This document shows positions 55,800 to 64,000 of a stretch of DNA of 64,000 nucleotides, in pieces (position 1 is the first letter of the stretch; the number at the start of each line of letters is the position of its first letter). The stretch lies in NCBI RefSeq assembly GCF_000143415.4, contig NW_003314264.1, forward strand, positions 31,238 to 95,237, written 5' to 3'. The DNA is from Selaginella moellendorffii (Eukaryota; Plantae; Lycopodiophyta). The notes below the pieces were generated by a model, which was given only the letters and a program-made list of their open reading frames with translations, made no database searches and was not told the DNA's origin. The position numbers and the translations under genes were made by a program.

Positions 55800-55825
55800 A
55801 TTTGGTATCGGAGCCTTCTCCTCAG
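55760..55825 (+). other. Candidate 66-nt 5' UTR intron spanning the LTR end and PBS
   Basis: Donor GAG|GTAAGC, branch-like CTTAC at 55794-55798, acceptor CCTTCTCCTCAG| 33 nt before the ATG. Confidence 0.55.
55803..55814 (+). promoter_or_regulatory. Primer-binding site (tRNA-iMet type)
   Basis: TGGTATCGGAGC, 3 nt after the 5' LTR. Confidence 0.93.
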
Positions 55826-55858
55826 TTCTAGCGAAGGATAGAGGCGGATTGCTGGGAG

Positions 55859-58800
55859 ATGGCAAGGGCAGGGCGTAAGCAAACCCAGGCGGAGACAGAA
55901 CCTCCGCCAGAGCTGGAGCCTCCGGTCGAACAAGAGGCTATGGATGAGGAATCCTTGCATGAGGAGGACTCTAGTGAGGAAACTTCCAAACAGGAGTCCG
56001 GTGGCGAGGTTCGGTCATCCAAGGCTCGATTGGACGTTCTAGAAGGTCAATTGGCGCAGACCAATGCCCTGCTGGAGACTCTCGTACGCAAGCTAAAGCG
56101 TGACGAGAAACGGAAGAAAAGGCGAAAGACTGCGGATGCTGGCAGCGCAGAAGGTGCGGACCCTTCGGCAGGGACTGAGGCAAAACCAGACAAGGTCGAA
56201 CAGACCGAAGTGGAATCAGTCCCTCAGGCAGTTCCCAAGTACAAACCAAAGCCCCCACCGGTGTTCAAGGGAGTGAACGACTATAAGGTTGTGGAGGATT
56301 GGTTTTACGATATGGAGGACTACTTCCGAGCGTTACGGTTACCGAGCTCGGAGAAGGTCCCATGTGCAAAACCATACTTGGCAGATAATGCCAAGTCTTG
56401 GTGGAGAACAACGGAGGCCAACGAAGGACCGGTGGCCACCTGGGACATGATGAAGGCGAGGATCCGCGCGACATACGTTCCTCCGAATGCCACTCTGCAT
56501 CTGAGAGATGAGCTGAGTAGGCTGAAGCAGACTGGAACCATCCAGGAATATGTGAATGGGTTCATGGCAAAGAGGATACTTGTCACGGACATGGGGGATA
56601 TGGATGCGTTCCATGGCTTTATATCAGGTTTGCAAACCTGGGCTCGCGGTGAGGTGATGCGCTGGAACCCGACCAACTACAAGGAAGCGTTGGATGCGGC
56701 CATCAAGGTGCATTTCAACGATAACCTGCGAAAGGGGAACACGACGGGGTCGGGATCCACGTTTCACAAAGGGGCCAAACCGAGGGGACCATATAGCAGG
56801 GGGAAATTCAAGAAGAGTTTCTCTAAGAATGAGTCCTCGGGATTTCGAAAAGGCAAATCCGGTGGCCAGCGAGCAAGTACGTGGGGGAGTCAAGCGAAAA
56901 GAGACAAACCCACGGATAAGAAGGTCAAGTCATATAGCAGCGTGGGAAACAACGTATGCTATAACTGCGGTGAAGCGGGACACTTTTCGAGGGAATGTCC
57001 CTACCCGAAGAAGGCCAGAGCCAATATGGCCATCAAGTCGGGCGAAGTCCAAAATGAGGTATGTGATCCAGTCCCTAACTCAAAGTTACTCATTACACGA
57101 GCAACTTTGGTAGAGAGTCGTTCAAGACATCTACTAGCCCTCCGAGGGAAGCTCGGAGGTAGCTTTGTTAAGATCCTTATTGACACGGGTGCTTCGGATA
57201 ATTTTGTGGCTGCAGACATAGTCCGGCAAGCCGGACTAACGGTGCAGCGGCTAGGCGAACCAAGGACTATAGAGTTTGTTCAAGGTAGCCAAAGCACCGA
57301 TGAGGTACTTCGACAAGCGAAAGTCGAAGTAGGGACATGGAAGGTAGACATGGATTTCACCGTGTTGGACATGGCGGGATTTGACGAGATCTTCGGAATG
57401 GATTGGTTCAATCGGTTCGTGGTAGCCCTACATGGACAAGGTAGGAACCTTGTGGTACTGGCGAATGCCCAAGGAAGAAGATCTAGGGTGGAAGCCCAGG
57501 ATCTAAAGGTAGGGCAAAGCAAGGCCAAAGAATCCTGCTTAAACCTGGTGTCCACGAGAGGACAACTCACTAAAGGAACTAAGGCAGTCTTTTTGTGCTT
57601 ACTCTCGGTGAAGAGTGACAAGAAGACAAGAACGGAAGAAGTGCCTTTAGTGATCCAGCGGGTGTTGGACCAATTCCAGGATACCATGCCGGAGGAGCTA
57701 CCGGCGGGGCTGCCCCCAGCACGACCAATAGAACATAAGATTGAGCTGGTCGAGGGTGCTGAGGCAGTGGTTCGTCCCCCTTATCGTTTGAACGAAAAAA
57801 AACTCAAGGAGCTCAAGTGCCAACTAGAGGAGTTGGTGGACAAAGGGTATGTTAGGTTGAGCAAGTTGCCATATGGGGTGCCGGTGTTATTTGTGAAAAA
57901 GAAAGATGGATCTATGCGCATGTGCATAGATTACCGGTTGCTCAACAAGTATACAAAGAAGAACAAGTACCCTTTGCCAAGGATTGAGGACCTGTTCGAT
58001 AGGTTGGGAAAGGCAAAATACTTCTCGAGGATTGACCTAAGGTCAGGATACTACCAGATCAGGGTAGCCGAGGAAGATGTCGACAAGACAACCTGTCGAA
58101 CGAGGTATGGGAGCTTTGAGTTTCTGGTGATGCCCTTCGGGCTATGTAATGCGCCGGCAACGTTTTCGGCGCTAATGAACCACGTCTTTGTACCCTATCT
58201 GGATCACTTCGTGGTCGTCTATATCGACGACATCCTGATCTATAGCGAGACGCTAGAAGAGCATGCCGAACACTTGGCGAAGGTGTTTGAGAAACTAAGG
58301 GAACACAAGCTGTATGCTAAAGAGAGCAAATGTGACTTTGCTCAACAAGAGGTAAAGTTTCTCGGGCATGTGGTGGGCCAGGACGGGCTCAAGGTGGACC
58401 CGGAGAAGGTCCAAGCGATCCAGGAATGGGAGCGACCATCGAATGTACATGAGTTGAGGGCGTTCCTGGGGCTATGCAACTACTATCGAAAGTTTATCAG
58501 ACACTATTCGAGAGTAGCCCTGCCCTTAACGGACCAAACAGGAAAAGGGAAAATGGTATGGACAGCAGAATGCGAGGCGGCATTCGTCCACCTCAAAGGG
58601 AAGTTGAGGAAGGCTCCCGTATTGGCATTGCCAGACTTTGGTAAGGACTTTGAGGTAGAAACGGATGCTTCGGACTTTGCGTTGGGCGCAGTTCTGAAGC
58701 AAGACAACCATCCGGTAGCGTTCTTCTCGAAGAAGCTGGACAAGGCTCAACGGAAGTGGCCTGCCCATGAGAAGGAATTGTTTGCGGTGGTCAAGGCACT

Positions 58801-60631
58801 CAAGGAGTGGCGACACTACCTTGGGAGACACTTCAAGGTTTACACGGACAATGTGGCAACGAAACACTTCTTGTCAAAGCCCGACCTAAGAGGGAAACAA
58901 GGTCGGTGGGCCAATGCCTTGGCCGAGTTTGATTGCGAAATTCTGTATAAGCCTGGGAAGAGCAACATCGTGGCGGATGCGCTAAGTCGAAAAGCGAGCT
59001 TGAAGTTGGCAATATCCAGCGCAACAGCAACCTTCTGGGACGATGTGCGGACAGCATATGAGAACGATGGTCTAGCACAAGAAGTGTTGCTGAGGAATCT
59101 AGAGGCGCGGGAAGCTCACCAGAGAGGTGAGCTGCCAACGGAAGAGAAAACAGGCTATGCGGAACGCAACGGACTCATTTATTACAAGCAAACGAGGGTG
59201 TATGTTCCAGAAGGGGAACTAAGGAAGGTGGCCTTAGAAGAGTGTCATGACGGACCTCTTGCGGGACACGGCGGAGTGCCCAAGACGATGGGCTTACTCA
59301 AGAGGAAGTACCATTGGCCAGATATGGCTAAGGACGTCCAAGACTATGTAAAGACATGTCCAACATGTCAGCAGGTCAAAGCCGTGACTAAGGCTAGTGG
59401 GGGCTTGTTGCAAAGCATCCCAATTCCAGATCGCCCGTGGAAATGTCTTACGATGGACTTCATCACGGGACTACCCCCAAGCGAGGGGTTCGATGCGATA
59501 TTCGTGGTGGTGGACCGATTTTCAAAGATGGCACATTTCATACCCACCACAATGGACGTGGATGCGGAAGGTGTGGCGAAGCTGTTCTTTGAACAAGTGG
59601 TTCGAGTGCGGGGAAGGCCGGAAGAGATTATCTCAGATCGAGATAAGATCTTCACTAGTAGGTTCTGGAGGACACTCCTAGAACAGTATCGCACCAAATT
59701 GAAATTCAGCACAGCCTATCACCCACAGACAGGTAATGGGTATTAAGTCAAGATTGATGGCACTAACACTTCTTGACAGACGGACAAACGGAAAGGGTGA
59801 ATAGGCAGCTGGAGGATTATTTGCGATGCTATGTCTCGGGAGACCAGACCGACTGGGTAAGTCATTTGGGACTTGCGGAAATGTGTTATAACAACTCACC
59901 ACACTCAAGCATCGGGGTGAGTCCATGGGAAGTCATCAATGGGCGAGCTATTGAAGGTCCTGTGGAACTCGGCGTGGCCGAGTATCATGGAGAGTTACCC
60001 GCAGTGGAGGCATTCACGGCGGAAAGACTCAACATTTGGAATCTAGTGAGGGATTCCTTGGAACGGGCTCAACAAAGGCAAACTAAGTACGCGAACCAAA
60101 AGCGTCGGGATGTGGAGTTCCAAGCTGGGGAGAAGGTGTGGCTGAACACCAAGAACCTCAGCCTACCAAGCTGGATCAGCCGAAAGTTGACCCAAAGGTA
60201 AAGACGCATGAATTCCTGTAAATGAATTGATCTTGAGTTCCTTAAGCAGGTTCGCGGGGCCTTATGAAATTGAGGCACGAATCGGTAAAGTGGCTTACCG
60301 ACTCCGACTTCCTCGAGAGATGGGGAAGATGCACCCAGTGTTCCACGTGAACTTACTCAAGCCGTACTTTGAGGATCCGCTTCGCAAGGACCAAGTGAGA
60401 CCTTTACCTGAGGTTATCCAAGGGGAAGAGGAATACGAAGTCGAGGCCATCCTCAATGCGCGCAAGAGCAAGCGACAAGGACGCGAGGTGAGAGAGTTCC
60501 ATGTGAAGTGGAAAGGATTTCCACACTGCGAAGCAACATGGGAACCGGAGGAGAACCTAGCGAACGCACGAAATCTAGTGGAGGAATTTCTGCAAGGCAG
60601 AACTTTATGTACTTATGCAAAATTCAATTAA
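55859..60631 (+). CDS. Gag-Pol polyprotein; predicted spliced form joins 55859-59732, 59780-60197 and 60250-60631 (1557 aa); unspliced form is 1295 aa with a truncated integrase
   Basis: CCHC knuckle [14 protein letters not shown], protease LIDTGAS, RT YIDD, RNase H ETDAS, IN HHCC and D,D-35-E (complete only after splicing), GPY motif, chromodomain YEVEAIL...VKWKGF....TWEPEENL. Confidence 0.9.
59733..59779 (+). other. Predicted spliceosomal intron 1 in integrase (47 nt, phase 1)
   Basis: AG|GTAATG...CACTAAC...TGACAG|; removal gives [12 protein letters not shown]. Confidence 0.88.
60198..60249 (+). other. Predicted spliceosomal intron 2 in integrase (52 nt, phase 2)
   Basis: AAG|GTAAAG...TAAGCAG|G; removal gives KLTQR-FAGPY. 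Confidence 0.85.
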
Positions 60632-60724
60632 AAATATCAATTTGCAAAGTTGAGCAAATGGCATATGTTGGGACCCGAAGGCGCGCCAAAGGTAAGCTAA
60701 TTAGCATGGGTTGGATAGGTCGAC

Positions 60725-61015
60725 CAGGCGTAGGGCACTACGCCCGACTCCCTGCGGGGATGTCGAATCCGTAGACGTATTCTACGGAGGTTGGGTTCGA
60801 GTCCCAACCCCCTAGTAAAGCAAGGCTAGGTTCAAGTCCTGACCCTATACTAGGGCGTGGTGAGGTGAGGAGTATAGGGACACCTATATTCCGTTGTCAT
60901 GGGCTCTTGGCCGGGGAGGCTAACTTAGGCACACCGCTAAGTGGGGGGATGCCCCCGGAGACATGGACAACAAGTCGTAGGATAAAACGAGACGTTCGAT
61001 GTGGGCATCGAACTT
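60725..61015 (+). ncRNA. Putative structured cis-acting RNA in the retroelement 3' UTR
   Basis: Consecutive hairpins and two GGTTCRAGTCC motifs; retained in the older copy at ~9545-9838. Confidence 0.5.
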
Positions 61016-61022
61016 CTTCTAT

Positions 61023-61034
61023 GGGTGGTGGAGT
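61023..61034 (+). promoter_or_regulatory. Polypurine tract
   Basis: GGGTGGTGGAGT immediately before the 3' LTR. Confidence 0.85.
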
Positions 61035-62182
61035 TGTAAGGAACCGACTCCCCGAGATGTCGTAGGCTAAAGGATCCCCAAAAGCTTGACCGAAGTGACA
61101 AAGAGTTCATCGGATGGGACCAAGTCGAGGATCGAGTCCAAGACCGACTCTAGGACCGAGTTCGAGATAGAGTCCGGAATCGAGTCCGAGACCGACTCGG
61201 GGACCGAGTTCGAGTCCGAGTTCGAGACCGAGTTCGAGACGGAGTCCGAGATCCGAAATCGGGTCCAAGACCGAGTCCGAGGTCGAGTCCGAGGTCGGGT
61301 CCGAGATCGGGTCCGAGATCGAGTCCGTGATCGAGTCCGAACCCGAATCCGAAGTCGGATCCGAAATCGGGTCCGAGATCGAGCCAGAGACTAAGTCCAA
61401 ATACTAATACGGGTCAAGGGGTGAAAGCCCAAAGCGTGCGTCTCCCAGGGGGGGGGGGCTGCAGGGGGTTCCAAAAGTATAGTAGGGATAGTGAGGTCCA
61501 GGAACCAGTTTTGAAGGGACTCTCCAATTGGGCTTCCAAACCGACTTGAGGTTGGGACTGGGACCGAGGGGCCTTGGGTGGGAGTGAGCATGGACTTGGC
61601 TGGTGCCGGAGGGGCCATCCAAGGAAGTGCTCAAGAGCAGCTCCCACTCCCGAAAGGGAAACCGATTGCGGTGCTCCCGGCTCATGTGGAGTGGTGCCCC
61701 ACTTGAGTACCATGCGGCTCATTGGTCCTCGCCCTTCCTAGGGGCTTGGGCCTTCCTTCGGGATGGAAGTGGGGGGCGAGAGGTACCCATACCGGGCCGC
61801 TAGGCCACGGTGTTTCGCCCCGGCGTCCCGAAGCAAGTGTTGCACTCAAGACTTGGGATTTAGAGGGTCCCATGATCAAGTCTTGTGGTACCAAGGGATG
61901 TTAGGAACCTGGAAGCTTGGTGTGCTTGGCTGCTTGTGCTTGCGGGGAGTGTAGCCGAACCTTAAGTCCAGTCTAACCCGGGGAGGGGGATTGGGAGTGA
62001 TTTGGGAATCCATGGAAGGATGGCCAACACTCCGTTGCTCGTGCAGTGAGTAGCTGAAACCAAGTAGGAGCTGGTACCATAGGCAAGAACCTTGGCGAGG
62101 GAACTTAGCAAAAGCCAAGGCAGTGTTGGACGGATAGGCGAGGTAAGCTGGCAAAGTGGAAAGGAAAAATTTGTGGCTTACA
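61035..62182 (+). repeat. 3' LTR
   Basis: Direct repeat of 54652-55799. Confidence 0.98.
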
Positions 62183-64000
62183 GGAGATTTGTTAGCCCTA
62201 AGAATGGCATCTAGGCCACTCAACCTTTGCACTTGGTCCAAGTGCTCCACGTGTCTGATCCCATGACCGACACCCCAAAGGTACCACTAATATATCAGCC
62301 TGTTACGCTAAGGCCATGCATATTTGCCTTTGTCACATTGGTGATCCAACACCACCTACATCACAGTTTCGTCTCTCAAAGACTAGGCCATCCACCCATG
62401 AGTGATCATCCCAGATCCACTCCTTAGCATCCTCAAGATGCCCGTAGACATGGGGAACAACCTTCCCCAACATCCCTTTTTCAATCCCTACCAAGTCCCT
62501 TTCTGTCCACGGCCGTATTCGCCAACATTGCCATTGGGGTCAAGGCCCATAGGCTCGACCACTATGCCCCACTGGCCACGGGGATTTCCTTGCCACATGA
62601 CTACATCCTTGGTCACCACACAAAAGGACTGCTCTTCTTCCTTTCCACAATCCGGGACCTTGGGACAACATTTCGGAACACTGTGGCCCTATGTGGTCCT
62701 CTTGGGTACTCTCCCCACCTTCTGCCTTTGGGTGCTCTAGCCATGGGCTTAGAGCGAGGTTTCGTTGAGCCACACCAGATATCCAAGTAGGTAGTGCCAC
62801 CCATGCTTGGACTGGGAGCATCGACCATTCGATCTCTCAGGAGAACTACAGTCGGCTCTTGAACACTTCACCAAACTTCCCTGCTTGTCTGTCCGTATTC
62901 ACTCTAGCTTTGGACTCCTCAATGGAAATATCATCACCCAACACCTAGGCATAGCCTTCTTGGGTCACACTAAGCTTTCCTTTTACTAGGGTCCAACCCC
63001 CACACTCTCCCTACTATACTGTTGGAACCCCCTTGTAGGTTTTTTTCCCTGTATTTTCAGACTCTATACCTTGTTTCATCTCTCTTTCCTTGTTCATTTG
63101 TCTTCTTTCTTCTCTACTATCCAGCTTACATTATTTGAATGTTCTTTAATTTACATGCACATTCTTTTCCAGCTTTCAGGTCATGATTCTACTGCATCAG
63201 ACCCTAGGTTATCCTCCAGTGGTCACCTATAGGAGCAAGCCATGGATTCCAAGCATACTTTTAGATATACTCGGGATTATTCCAGGGTGTTTAGAGAAGA
63301 TTCATTGTTGAGTCTGAATGATACAACAGATTCCTCTTGGCATTTACAATGTGTTTGGATGACATCTCGATAGTGCAGTGAGGTTGTGAGCTAGCCTCGT
63401 AGCACTCTAATCCTTACTCTAAGTGAGAGATCTTATACCCAGATCTCACCAAAAGAAACTTCTCCATCGTCTTGTGATCCATTGTTGACTTCTTGTAAAT
63501 TTCTGTGCCCATAAATAATTTGACCGGGGTCGACCTCACCTGGACTGGTTAATAAATCAAATGTAGATCAAAGAAAGAATCTAAAACCTTCTGATAGGTG
63601 AATGAGTTTGTTGCAGCCACAGCCAGAATCTGTTAAAAAGCTACTACTGGAACTAGTTGTAGAACCAGTTGTAGTGAGCAATGGTGAGGCAAATCCTGCA
63701 AAGAGTGTCAAGTTTCGGTTACAAAAATAGAGCACACATAGAAAACAAAACAGACCTTGCCGAAACGATGAATTCAAGTAGCAATTTCTTGCAGTTTTTG
63801 GTCTGCCACAATACCTGGCTTTTGTAGATGTGCTTTCGAGCTCTTTTCCTCTCAACACCGCTGCTGCCTTGCGTTCCAGTTCTGCAAGGATCTTTAGGTC
63901 TTTCGACGCCAGCACTCGCCGTCCAAACAACAGAGGAAAATTTCCTCTTGAACCATGCTCCAGGCGTACTTTAAACTTGGAAAACAAAATTCTTTGGTCG

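Larger units (their letters stand above)
54652..62182 (+). mobile_element. Intact young Ty3/gypsy chromovirus LTR retrotransposon (family A)
   Basis: 1148-bp LTRs with about 7 differences counted by eye, TG...CA ends, TSD GGAGA (54647-54651 and 62183-62187), PBS, PPT, domain order gag-PR-RT-RH-IN-chromodomain. Confidence 0.98.
54204..62985 (-). mobile_element. Family B copy (internal 54204-54544, PBS 54530-54541, LTR from 54545) interrupted by the family A element
   Basis: B LTR sequence at 54545-54651 resumes at 62188. Confidence 0.85.

Noticed and set aside
59733-60249. Reading the integrase breaks as frameshift mutations or ribosomal frameshift sites
   Set aside because: The extra 47 and 52 nt interrupt conserved motifs, have GT-AG ends, restore the motifs exactly on removal and recur in a second copy; no slippery heptamer is evident
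60755-60845. Complete tRNA, tmRNA, group I/II intron or hammerhead ribozyme
   Set aside because: Only T-arm-like hairpins are present; no D arm or acceptor stem and no diagnostic catalytic core motifs were found by eye
63568-63987. Host gene exon at the window edge
   Set aside because: Splice-like signals are present but there is no recognisable domain and the region is truncated by the window

Overview
Land-plant genomic DNA, repeat-dense, with three N-gaps. The 48-56 nt host introns and a PLS-type PPR fragment suggest a non-seed plant such as Selaginella; this is inference. The window is mostly nested LTR retroelements: an autonomous Ty3/gypsy chromovirus family (A), two apparently non-autonomous LTR families (B, D), a 162-bp-LTR TRIM and 5S-carrying Cassandra TRIMs. 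It also holds a decayed Helitron, a HINE/Helitron2-like miniature element, and pseudogenised host gene fragments (laccase, ArfGAP, OPT, PPR). The main discovery is the young, intact chromovirus at 54652-62182. Its integrase is split by two short GT-AG introns (47 and 52 nt). Removing them restores the exact D-35-E catalytic spacing and the GPY/F plus chromodomain tail, and both introns are kept at identical positions in an older copy (8382-11833). A third candidate intron (55760-55825) would excise the LTR end and the primer-binding site. Spliced, integrase-making mRNA could then not be reverse transcribed, which would explain how a retroelement keeps its introns. The 3' UTR is densely structured and carries two tRNA T-loop/B-box motifs. 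Splicing is predicted from sequence only and needs RNA evidence.
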